21,654 nt of DNA from Candidatus Thorarchaeota archaeon (GTDB taxonomy: Archaea; Asgardarchaeota; Thorarchaeia; Thorarchaeales; Thorarchaeaceae). A program made the position numbers and the translations under genes. How positions within the stretch are numbered: the first letter of the stretch is position 1; the number at the start of each line of letters is the position of its first letter. Below the pieces are notes generated by a model. It made no database searches and was not told where the DNA came from. It saw only the letters and a list, made by a program, of their open reading frames with translations. Positions 9,059-16,829 of the stretch are shown piece after piece. The stretch is from contig JAEOUG010000045.1 in assembly GCA_016839445.1 (NCBI GenBank), positions 1 to 21,654 of the forward strand, written 5' to 3'.

Positions 9059-9976
9059 ATGGTCGTAGGCTATGAGGTTCATGAAGACGGGACCCTGAAC
9101 GAGGTTGAACTCTCGAAAGATGACCTGGATGCTACCAAAGTTGTCTGTGTGGTTGACGATGAGACCAAGAGCATCTACCTCTGGAAGGGGAGTCAGGCAG
9201 GAATCAGAAGGAAATTCATCGGAGCGCGTGTCGCTACGAACCTAAGGACGGAGTATGGTTTCCACTTCAAGGTTAGACCATTGGATGAAGGCGAGGAACC
9301 GCCGACATTCTTCTCTGCGCTGAATGGTACCACTGCCGCAGCCAGAGTCATCAAGCCTGGAGAGGCAGCACCACCGCCATCGCCGCCAAAGGCTAGGACT
9401 GAGGTCGAAGAAGAGAGCACGACACCTAGTGCGCCGCCGCCGAAGCCACCGACACAGAAAACTGAACCAGAAACGATATCGGCACCTCCGCCACGGCCGC
9501 AACCAAGAGTTGTGGAAACAGCGCCTCCGAGGACTACTACCCCGGCAGCCGCCCCGGTCGCAAGACCCGCAGAGGTCGAGGAGATGATTAGGGAACTTCA
9601 GGAGACTGATCCGCCCGAGGGGTATCAACGCGAGCTTGTTATTGTGTACAACCAGCTCTATACGGTTGCCGAGCACAAGACAGCTGTATTCGGGAAGGAG
9701 AAGGTCGAGAGGAGGATAGAGAAGGTCAAGGATCCGCCTGAAGGCACATTTATGGCCGAAGGGTTCATCCCACGTGTCATTGTCAAGGATGGTCGGGTTC
9801 TCGGAATTGAGCTCCTGAAGGGAACTCCCGACGCGATTCTCAGCCCAATCAAAGCGGAGATGAAAGAGAGACTTGGTGACCTGATAACCTTCTTCAGGTC
9901 AGAAGTCGAGGCCGAGGAGCTCAAGAAGCCAGCCAAAGACAAGAAGGATGCGAAGCGCAAGCTTGTAGCAAAGTAA
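9059..9976 (+). CDS. Asgard gelsolin-domain protein: single gelsolin domain, Pro-rich linker, unknown C-terminal domain
   Basis: Gelsolin signature DLDATKVVCVVDD...IYLWKGSQA...DEGEEPPTFF in the first ~90 aa, repeated APPP motifs and a Lys-rich tail. Start is ATG 9059 or TTG 9053. Confidence 0.82.
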   Translation: MVVGYEVHEDGTLNEVELSKDDLDATKVVCVVDDETKSIYLWKGSQAGIRRKFIGARVATNLRTEYGFHFKVRPLDEGEEPPTFFSALNGTTAAARVIKPGEAAPPPSPPKARTEVEEESTTPSAPPPKPPTQKTEPETISAPPPRPQPRVVETAPPRTTTPAAAPVARPAEVEEMIRELQETDPPEGYQRELVIVYNQLYTVAEHKTAVFGKEKVERRIEKVKDPPEGTFMAEGFIPRVIVKDGRVLGIELLKGTPDAILSPIKAEMKERLGDLITFFRSEVEAEELKKPAKDKKDAKRKLVAK

Positions 9977-9998
9977 CAACCGCAAGAGGGAACTCACG

Positions 9999-10388
9999 AT
10001 GTCGTCACACATAGATCCGGCAAAGGAGAAGGAGCTTGTTGAACTCCTTATGGGACTCACGAACTACGCAGACCTGGACGCTATCGCAGTCGTAAGCAAG
10101 CAGGGAGTCAAACTGGCATACTTCGCTACTGAGGAATCGGATGCAGACCCTGATCTCATGGCGGCAGTGAGCGCAGCGCTTTTGATGACAGGGGATATGG
10201 CCGCGAGCAAACTGGATCTAAGCGACCTGTATGAGGTTGTTGTAAGGGGCAAGGATGGGTTTGTCGTCCTGTCTCACGCGGGTGAATTCCTGCTAATGGG
10301 ATCAGCCCGAGACCTCACTTCAATGGGCCTGGCTGTCACACAGATGCGCAAGTACGCCAAGGAAGTTGGTCAACTACTCGGACAGTAG
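9999..10388 (+). CDS. Roadblock/LC7 (MglB/LAMTOR2-like) domain protein
   Basis: 129 aa with the Roadblock pattern AIAVVSKQG...DLMAAVSAAL...EVVVRGKDGFVVL...MGL. Starts 22 nt after the gelsolin stop. Confidence 0.88.
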   Translation: MSSHIDPAKEKELVELLMGLTNYADLDAIAVVSKQGVKLAYFATEESDADPDLMAAVSAALLMTGDMAASKLDLSDLYEVVVRGKDGFVVLSHAGEFLLMGSARDLTSMGLAVTQMRKYAKEVGQLLGQ

Positions 10389-10437
10389 GTCCAGAGGTGT
10401 TAGGCGAGATTCCAGACCGCTCAGCGCGGAGAGCAAT

Positions 10438-10448
10438 GTGTTTTTCTT
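10438..10448 (+). terminator. Possible archaeal T-rich terminator of the gelsolin-Roadblock unit (or promoter element of the next gene)
   Basis: GTGTTTTTCTT about 50 nt after the Roadblock stop. Confidence 0.3.
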
Positions 10449-10483
10449 CACTTCAGACCATTATGTGAGTCTGAGGTGGTAGT

Positions 10484-10969
10484 CTGAGCGAAGGTGCAAA
10501 TCCTCCGGAGAGATGGAGACGTCTACCGAAACTTAACGAAGACATCTTGCAAGCATTCAGGAAGACTGGCGGTGTTCTCAATCCAAGTTCAGTCATCGCA
10601 ACTACGGACGAGGATGGGTCTCCAAGAACGGCTCCGTTTGGAAGCCTACACGCTCTCTCTGAGAGCAAGCTCCGAGCAGTCATTCACAGATATCATGACA
10701 CGCTGAAGAATATCCATCGCGACGGAAGAGTGATGATATCACTAATCTCTCCTCCAGACATTGCTGTAAGCGTGAAGGGTGTTGCCAGAGTGGCCGAAGA
10801 GCCATGGTCGGTGGACCCTCGATACGCGATTGTCGAGATTGATATCACTGAAGTCAAGAATGACATGCCCATGCAGATAGGCATCGAAACAGGAATCAGT
10901 ATCTCTGCAACTGGACCGTTCCAGGAATGGTGGGCGGCCTGCTGGGAGAAGCTCTCTGAGGATGAATAG
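10484..10969 (+). CDS. Pyridoxamine 5'-phosphate oxidase-like (FMN-binding split barrel) protein
   Basis: VIATTDEDGSPRTAP...TLKNIHRDGRVMI...SVKGVARV. Probable CTG start at 10484 behind GAGGTGG, whereas the track uses TTG 10547. Confidence 0.8.
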   Translation: MSEGANPPERWRRLPKLNEDILQAFRKTGGVLNPSSVIATTDEDGSPRTAPFGSLHALSESKLRAVIHRYHDTLKNIHRDGRVMISLISPPDIAVSVKGVARVAEEPWSVDPRYAIVEIDITEVKNDMPMQIGIETGISISATGPFQEWWAACWEKLSEDE

Positions 10970-11051
10970 ACACGGAATTGACCTATTACACGGTTTCATA
11001 GACGCAGAGTAAGCCAAGAAGCACGGGGAACCGAGATAGGAAGTTGAGATC

Positions 11052-11429
11052 TTGAAAGGGATTGTTGTCTTTGACCATGCAGGAGTTGCCCGAGCCTCCA
11101 TTGGTCTTGAGGACGTCAGAGTTCACCCATCAGTCTTCAGCTCGTTCATGACAGCAATCCAGTCCTATGCCTCTCGATTCACTGGAAGCAGAATGAGGGA
11201 GGTCAGATACAGCAACATCAGGATGATCATCGGACAGGTCAAGGAGAATCATGTCGTCACGTTACATTCAGTGGATGATCCTGATGCTGAGTGGAATCAT
11301 GGAGCCACGATGCGAGTGATCGAAGGAGAAGAGGACTTCCTGCTTGACGACCAGTTCCTTGGTGTGCTTCGAGATCTGTTGACTGAAGACCGTGTGTCCT
11401 TGGAAGACGTGACGTTCGAAAGAGATTAG
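11052..11429 (+). CDS. Asgard longin-like / Roadblock-related small domain protein
   Basis: IVVFDHAG strand, helix SVFSSFMTAIQSYAS, then three strands and a helix. This resembles the Asgard longin-like pattern (LxSGFxxAIxxFA). Confidence 0.6.
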   Translation: MKGIVVFDHAGVARASIGLEDVRVHPSVFSSFMTAIQSYASRFTGSRMREVRYSNIRMIIGQVKENHVVTLHSVDDPDAEWNHGATMRVIEGEEDFLLDDQFLGVLRDLLTEDRVSLEDVTFERD

Positions 11430-11443
11430 CTGCGCTCGCGAAG

Positions 11444-12661
11444 CTATGTGTCCTGTGCCAGAGTCCTCCGGTATCTCAGGATTCCCTCTTTCCAATCCTC
11501 GTGACTATCAGTCGCCCAAGATAGGAAGTTCGGAAGGTATCTCCCAATGTCAGGTTCATCGAACCTTCGATGCCATGCATGGTTCTCTACGCGAATAACC
11601 CGTTGGTTACCTGCGAACTCGACAACCCTCAATCTACCGTCTTCGCGCCAAAGGTCTAGCCACTCAATATGCTCCCACCGAATCGCGCGTTTTTCTATGA
11701 ATGGCTCGACGGCCGCAATGCCGATTGGACTCAAGTAGAATCCATGCTTCCTCACTTCGCGAATGATCCAGATACAGAGAAGCATCCATATGATAGCAAG
11801 AACGATGAGAACTAGTGATACACCCTCAGAGCCATGTATATAGACAAACGGATGAAGCGTAATCAGCGCGACGGCGGTGAAGACTACTGCGAGAATGAAT
11901 ACGGACCCGGCGTTACCAAATCTCCTAAGCTTCTCATGTTCGGGGTCCTCCTTGATTGCCTCTAGGAGCTGATCAGAGCTCATTGAACCGGGGATTTCTC
12001 TTGTAGCGAAGTGCCCGACATCAGGGTCGTACTCGTCAATCACACGTCGTCCCATGGCAGAATCTGCAAGCTGTAGTTCGCTGCCCGGTCTCGAGTAGAC
12101 AGTCACTTCGGTGGACCATCCGAGCTTTGGTCGCCGCGTCCACTTCGAAAGACCTTCAATGTACTGCCCAACGATTTCCAGATTCAGTGTTCGAGCAAAC
12201 CTGGAGTTTGAGTGCCAGACAACACGGTTGTTTCCTCTGAATACAACGTCCTCGGTCTTCTTGCCACTTGCGTGTGTTTCGAAATGCTCCACATGTCGCC
12301 ACTCGATGGCTTCGGGGCCAGCCCAGAGGCCTTTCGTGCCCACGCCTTGGGAACTCAACATCGTGGAGCTTCTCCCTCCCAGCCGTCTCGTCATGGCATA
12401 GAATAGGATACCCACTAGGTAGAGCATGATGGAGAGAAGGAGGCTTAGAAACACGAGCACTGCACCAAGCGAAACCGCCAGAATAGAGGTGAAGAAGTGG
12501 AGTCCTGCTATGGGAGTGTACTGCAGGAATGTCTCGTGTTGCGGGTCTTCCTCAATCTGATGAAGCAGATCAAGGCCGGAGAGCGAATCAGGAATGGCAT
12601 CTGTTCTAGGTTCCATCTCAGTTTCCCAGTTACCCGGCCAATCAGGGTCAAGCTGAGTCAT
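11444..12661 (-). CDS. Membrane protein made of two tandem modules (2 TM + PH-like beta domain)
   Basis: The halves align: IPxSxS..LL..I.EDP[QE]HE, 2 TM, LSxxG, AIxWxH[VI]E, VxFxGNxRV, I.G.Y..W. Start reassigned to ATG 12661 (GGAGTG upstream). Confidence 0.7.
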   Translation of the reverse strand: MTQLDPDWPGNWETEMEPRTDAIPDSLSGLDLLHQIEEDPQHETFLQYTPIAGLHFFTSILAVSLGAVLVFLSLLLSIMLYLVGILFYAMTRRLGGRSSTMLSSQGVGTKGLWAGPEAIEWRHVEHFETHASGKKTEDVVFRGNNRVVWHSNSRFARTLNLEIVGQYIEGLSKWTRRPKLGWSTEVTVYSRPGSELQLADSAMGRRVIDEYDPDVGHFATREIPGSMSSDQLLEAIKEDPEHEKLRRFGNAGSVFILAVVFTAVALITLHPFVYIHGSEGVSLVLIVLAIIWMLLCIWIIREVRKHGFYLSPIGIAAVEPFIEKRAIRWEHIEWLDLWREDGRLRVVEFAGNQRVIRVENHAWHRRFDEPDIGRYLPNFLSWATDSHEDWKEGILRYRRTLAQDT

Positions 12662-12802
12662 ACGAAAGGCACCGCACTCCTGAAGGTGGTGCAGGCACGA
12701 GGCTACATAAACCATGGTGTGGTCAGAGCCAAGAAGCAAGTAGTAGCAGGTTCTCCCTGCGATGGCAACCATTAATCAGTCGACAGACATCATACTCAGG
12801 CC

Positions 12803-13255
12803 ATGTCTGAAGAGATCAGTAAAGCGGCAAGAAACCTGTTTGCGACGGACCTGAACTGCGCCCAGTCTGTTCTAGTTACGGTGGCCAAGGCAAAGGGATC
12901 AATGTTCGACCAAGCAGCGTCAGTAACCGCCGGATTCGGGGGAGGCATAGCGCACGAGGGATTGGTCTGTGGCGCTGTCACTGGGGCAGTCATGGCGCTG
13001 GGTCTTCTGAAGTCGCGGCAGATTACTGACAACACGAAGCTAAAGGAAGAAACGAATGCCATCGCACAGACCTTCATGACGCGCTTCAGAAGCGAGTTCG
13101 GAAGCATCATCTGCAACGACCTAACCGGCATAGACATTCGGGACAAGAAGCAGGTTAGTGCGGCAGACTCTGCAGGCATCTTCAAGAATGTCTGCATGAA
13201 GGTCGTGGGACGAGCTGCCGAGATTGTGGCAGAGCTCACGACCAGTATTGACTAG
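12803..13255 (+). CDS. C_GCAxxG_C_C family putative redox-active protein
   Basis: NCAQSV, GFGGG, CGAVTG, FGSIIC and a C-terminal VC. Confidence 0.88.
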   Translation: MSEEISKAARNLFATDLNCAQSVLVTVAKAKGSMFDQAASVTAGFGGGIAHEGLVCGAVTGAVMALGLLKSRQITDNTKLKEETNAIAQTFMTRFRSEFGSIICNDLTGIDIRDKKQVSAADSAGIFKNVCMKVVGRAAEIVAELTTSID

Positions 13256-13341
13256 CATCGCGGGGCCCAGACCATGCCGAAGGGCCTATATGACCATCAT
13301 CAGATGAGGCTGGTGATGATTAGCAGAGCGGTGAAGAGGAC

Positions 13342-13863
13342 ATGAATACCGAGAAGAAGAACAGACCCTGGAAAGGATATTTCGTACTGATCCTCTTGCT
13401 AATCATTCTCAGCATCATCGCATTCATTCTTACCAGCATCGAGGGATTTGTGGCGGGTGTCATCGTCATCTTCATCGGTTTCGTTCTGAGCTTTTTCCGA
13501 GATGACCTGAAGCTAATACTGGGATTGGCGGGTTCAGCTCGACAGCCTACGCCTACCGTTGTCGAGGACAAGGCCACATTGACCAGATTGAGAGAGCTGG
13601 AGAAAGAAATAGTGAAGCGGAGGGAGAAGCTTCAGAAGGCAATATCGAAATACGAGGAGAAGGAAAAGCCTGAGAAGAAACCCAAGTACGCCAGACAGGT
13701 TGTCGAGGAGGCCACATCCCTCATGGCCAGATTAGATCAGGCACGATGGGAAGCAGCTCGAGCTGGCAACGAGAATATTGCTCAGCACTACGTCGTGTTG
13801 CTGAAGGAGATTGAAGCCACTCGAGAGGCCTACATCCGCCTTTCACGCGAACATGCGGAGTGA
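13342..13863 (+). CDS. Hypothetical membrane protein (2 N-terminal TM + coiled-coil/helical cytoplasmic domain)
   Basis: Hydrophobic aa ~13-52 followed by E/K/R-rich helices. GGTGA/GAGG upstream. Confidence 0.7.
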   Translation: MNTEKKNRPWKGYFVLILLLIILSIIAFILTSIEGFVAGVIVIFIGFVLSFFRDDLKLILGLAGSARQPTPTVVEDKATLTRLRELEKEIVKRREKLQKAISKYEEKEKPEKKPKYARQVVEEATSLMARLDQARWEAARAGNENIAQHYVVLLKEIEATREAYIRLSREHAE

Positions 13864-13881
13864 CTTCGCCCCACAGATTGC

Positions 13882-14181
13882 CTATTCTCTGGGAGCCCCT
13901 TGCTCCAGCTCCCTGATCCGCTTCTCAATTCCTTCAAGGCTTCTCTGAATGTTCTCCAGCTGGGTTACGAGCACGTCCTTCTGGCGCTGGAGTGCCGCCA
14001 CATCCTCAGCTGCAGAGTACTGACCTGTCGACACTGCCGACGGCCAGACACCTCGGTATCCGAGAGTCCAACAGGAACCCCTGCCATAGAGCCAGCCAGG
14101 TCGTTCCCATGGCGGTAGATGAGCGAACGGACCGTTGCCTGGATAGGCGCCTCGGCCTCGTGAACCACGACCATATCCCAT
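13882..14181 (-). CDS. DUF5320-like protein (Gly/Arg-rich N-terminus, C-terminal coiled coil)
   Basis: GRGxxPGNGPFxxLPPWERPGW, a single CW motif, and the heptad LQRQKDVLVTQLENIQRSLEGIEKRIREL. Confidence 0.65.
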   Translation of the reverse strand: MGYGRGSRGRGAYPGNGPFAHLPPWERPGWLYGRGSCWTLGYRGVWPSAVSTGQYSAAEDVAALQRQKDVLVTQLENIQRSLEGIEKRIRELEQGAPRE

Positions 14182-14345
14182 ACTTCATTCCTCGTGTTTG
14201 TTGCTACGTATATTATGAGCATATGAACGAATAAAAATCCACCGAAACCATCACTGAGGAGCAGTAACACCGCGGGTGCCCTGCTAACAGATTTCGGCGA
14301 CTGTGCGTCAGTCGGAGTTATATGAGTGCCTCCGCAGACCATGCT

Positions 14346-14636
14346 ATGCTCAGAATACATCTCTATGGTCTGCTGAGGAGGCTTGTGAAAGACAGCAGGC
14401 CAGACGAGGACACTATTCTCAATCTTGAGGCCAGGGAGAATGAGAACTTCGAGCAGCTTGTTGATAGACTGGGACTGAATTCTGCGGAGATTGGCGACTG
14501 CTTCATAAACGGTAGACTGGCTTCTGACTCAAGTCCTGTGAAGGACGGAGACCGAATAGGATTGTTCCCCTTCAACATGCGCCTGATAGACGGAGGCATG
14601 GAGCTGAAGCACAGTCCTTATCGACGTACGAACTAG
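14346..14636 (+). CDS. ThiS/MoaD-like beta-grasp (ubiquitin-like) protein with internal GG and a 12-aa tail
   Basis: IHLYGLLR, FINGR, VKDGDRIGLFP, then IDGG-MELKHSPYRRTN. TTATAT at 14318-14323 suggests a leaderless start at ATG 14346. Confidence 0.75.
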   Translation: MLRIHLYGLLRRLVKDSRPDEDTILNLEARENENFEQLVDRLGLNSAEIGDCFINGRLASDSSPVKDGDRIGLFPFNMRLIDGGMELKHSPYRRTN

Positions 14637-14730
14637 AGCGGATCACATTTTGCCTTCTGTCAACGGAATTGCCGATTTATCATGACAACATGGCCACATG
14701 TCGATGCACTCCTGACCTTCACCCTATTGG

Positions 14731-14771
14731 TATATTAGTAGGTAGAATGCAACTGCGTAGAAATCTACCTA
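14731..14771 (+). promoter_or_regulatory. padR promoter: TATATTA box plus nested inverted repeats (candidate operator)
   Basis: TATATTA at 14731-14737, TAGGTAGA (14739-46) / TCTACCTA (14764-71), and GTAGA-aa-TCTAC (14757-68). Confidence 0.5.
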
Positions 14772-14785
14772 TCTAGAGTGATAGC

Positions 14786-15343
14786 ATGAGTATCAGGCCA
14801 TTCCTCCCAACAGGGGGAAGAGTAACCCCCATGCAGATGCTGATCTTCATCTACCTGCTTGAAGGTCCGAAGTACGGATACGAGATTCTTGTGAGCCTCA
14901 GGGAAGACTTCGAAGGAGTCTGGGTACCAAAAACAGGTTCGGTATATCCAGCTCTGAAGACACTGCTGAAAAAGGGCTTCATTGGAGAACACACCACAGA
15001 AGGAAAGACATACTACTCGCTCACGGAATCCGGTTTGGCATTTGTGAGTGACACACACGACTTCGTGAAGGACTACATCCTGTTCAACTATGTGTTCATG
15101 AAGGTTGCTGCCAAGCGATTGCCGGCTGACTTCACTGCCAATATCCTCCAGAACTTCATTGAATTGGGAATCGATGACATAATCCCAGAAGAGGCCGTAA
15201 TCGATGCAGTGCGGGACATTGAAGATGATTCAATCAAGCAGTATCTGCTGAAGGAGAGGGAGCGCATGCTGCTTGACAAGGTGAATGCCATAAGAAAGGA
15301 AGTTGGGAGAATCAGCACGGGAAAGACGAAGAAAAGGAATTGA
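14786..15343 (+). CDS. PadR family transcriptional regulator
   Basis: LLEGPKYGYEI, PKTGSVYPALKTL and YYSLTESG. Confidence 0.9.
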   Translation: MSIRPFLPTGGRVTPMQMLIFIYLLEGPKYGYEILVSLREDFEGVWVPKTGSVYPALKTLLKKGFIGEHTTEGKTYYSLTESGLAFVSDTHDFVKDYILFNYVFMKVAAKRLPADFTANILQNFIELGIDDIIPEEAVIDAVRDIEDDSIKQYLLKERERMLLDKVNAIRKEVGRISTGKTKKRN

Positions 15344-15359
15344 GCGTGGTGAGCACATC

Positions 15360-16829
15360 GTGAATGCGTCAATCCATAACAAACTGGCAAAGATTGTTGG
15401 CGAAGAGAGAGTTTCTGGCGAGCAAGTGCATCTTGAGCAGTTCATGAACAGAGAAGTCGGAGGAGCGGGCGAGCAGCCTTCATTGGTTGTGTGGCCGTCC
15501 TCAGCCGTAGAAGTATCCAAGATCGTGAATTTGGCCAACAGCACATACTTCCCAATTGTCCCTGTGAGCTCAGGCCCGCCAAGACTAGCTGGGACTACAA
15601 CACCTAAGGTGAAGGGGACTGTCATTCTTGATCTTACGAGAATGAACCGAGTCATACGTGTAGATGCAAAGAATAAGGTAGTCATGATAGAGCCGGGAGT
15701 GACTTATGGACAGCTCCTTCCTGAGTTGAAGAAGGCGGGCCTTCGACCCCTAATGCCCTTGCTTCCGAAGGAATCGCAATCAGTGCTGGCCAGCTGTCTG
15801 GACAGGGAGCCAACGACAATTCCCAGATTCCATTGGGATTCTTCGGATCCTCTGCTATGCACGGAAACGATATTCGGTACTGGTGAAATGCTGAGAACAG
15901 GTTCTGCCTCAGGCCCAGGTAGCCTCGAAGAGCAATGGGAGTCCGGACAAGCACAGAAGAACCCGATGGGGCCGTCGCAGTTCGATCCATTCAGGCTAGT
16001 TCAAGGGTCCCAAGGGACCATAGGAGTAGTCACCTGGATTACCATGAAGTGTGAGATTGCTCCAGACGAGCACAACGTCTTCCTCATCGGTTCTGGCTCT
16101 CTTAGCTCACTGCAGGACTTCAGCTATGCCATCATCCGGCGACGGCTTGTTGATGAGCACTTCATCGTAAATGCGCGCTGTCTATCTGAGATGCTGAGAA
16201 GAGATGCGTGGCATAGTCTACCTGCGTGGACTCTGATCCTCGGAATCTCTGGGCACGGCGAACTTGCTCAAGACGAGTTCGACTATCGGTTCGGTGACAC
16301 AGAGGACATTGCCCGCAAGGCAGGAGTCAAGCTCGAAACGAAGATTGGGAGCGTCGATGCTTCAGATGTCACCAGATTGCTGGATACTCCGAGTCCGGAG
16401 CCCTATTGGAAGATTAGGAGCCTAGGAGGATGCAGCGAGCTTCACTTCGTATCGACTCTAGACGCAATTCCCGGGCTACATTCGGTGTTCCTGAAGGAGG
16501 CAGAGGACTCTGGCGTTGATGCAGAACGAATAGGCGTCTATGTTCAGCCAACGGTCCAAGGAGTGAACGCATCCTGCAGTCTGAACGTCTTCTACAATCC
16601 TCAGGATGAATCTGACGTAGCCAATGTGACGAAGCTCACAGTCAACGGATCTGAGAAGTTGATGGAGTCGGGAGCGTTCTTCTCAAGGCCGCCAGGCAGC
16701 CTGAGAGAAGATGTCTACTCTCGTGTCTCTCCTGAGGTCCTCGGAGCCATGAAGCGGGTAAAGGAGATCTTCGACCCTAGGAATGTGCTGAGTCCAGGCA
16801 ATCTGTGTTTTGGGGAGGTGATTGAGTGA
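15360..16829 (+). CDS. FAD-binding oxidoreductase (FAD_binding_4, VAO/PCMH superfamily), copy 1
   Basis: VVWPSSAVEV, LDLTRMNRV, IEPGVT, GSQGTIGVVT and KEIFDPRNVLSPG. GTG start with GGTGAG upstream. Confidence 0.85.
   Translation: MNASIHNKLAKIVGEERVSGEQVHLEQFMNREVGGAGEQPSLVVWPSSAVEVSKIVNLANSTYFPIVPVSSGPPRLAGTTTPKVKGTVILDLTRMNRVIRVDAKNKVVMIEPGVTYGQLLPELKKAGLRPLMPLLPKESQSVLASCLDREPTTIPRFHWDSSDPLLCTETIFGTGEMLRTGSASGPGSLEEQWESGQAQKNPMGPSQFDPFRLVQGSQGTIGVVTWITMKCEIAPDEHNVFLIGSGSLSSLQDFSYAIIRRRLVDEHFIVNARCLSEMLRRDAWHSLPAWTLILGISGHGELAQDEFDYRFGDTEDIARKAGVKLETKIGSVDASDVTRLLDTPSPEPYWKIRSLGGCSELHFVSTLDAIPGLHSVFLKEAEDSGVDAERIGVYVQPTVQGVNASCSLNVFYNPQDESDVANVTKLTVNGSEKLMESGAFFSRPPGSLREDVYSRVSPEVLGAMKRVKEIFDPRNVLSPGNLCFGEVIE

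Noticed and set aside
10418-10432. 15-nt exact repeat CGCTCAGCGCGGAGA, also at 18214-18228
   Set aside because: This is about the longest match expected by chance in 21 kb, and the second copy is inside a CDS.
12662-12772. N-terminal 37 aa of the 442-aa ORF
   Set aside because: It spans the likely divergent promoter region. ATG 12661 has an RBS-like sequence.
14212-14233. Palindrome centred on CATATG upstream of the DUF5320-like gene
   Set aside because: Only the 6-bp core is symmetric and the arms match poorly.
15303-15359. Track start TTG 15303 of flavoprotein 1
   Set aside because: It overlaps padR by 41 nt. GTG 15360 follows GGTGAG and matches the N-terminus of the paralog.
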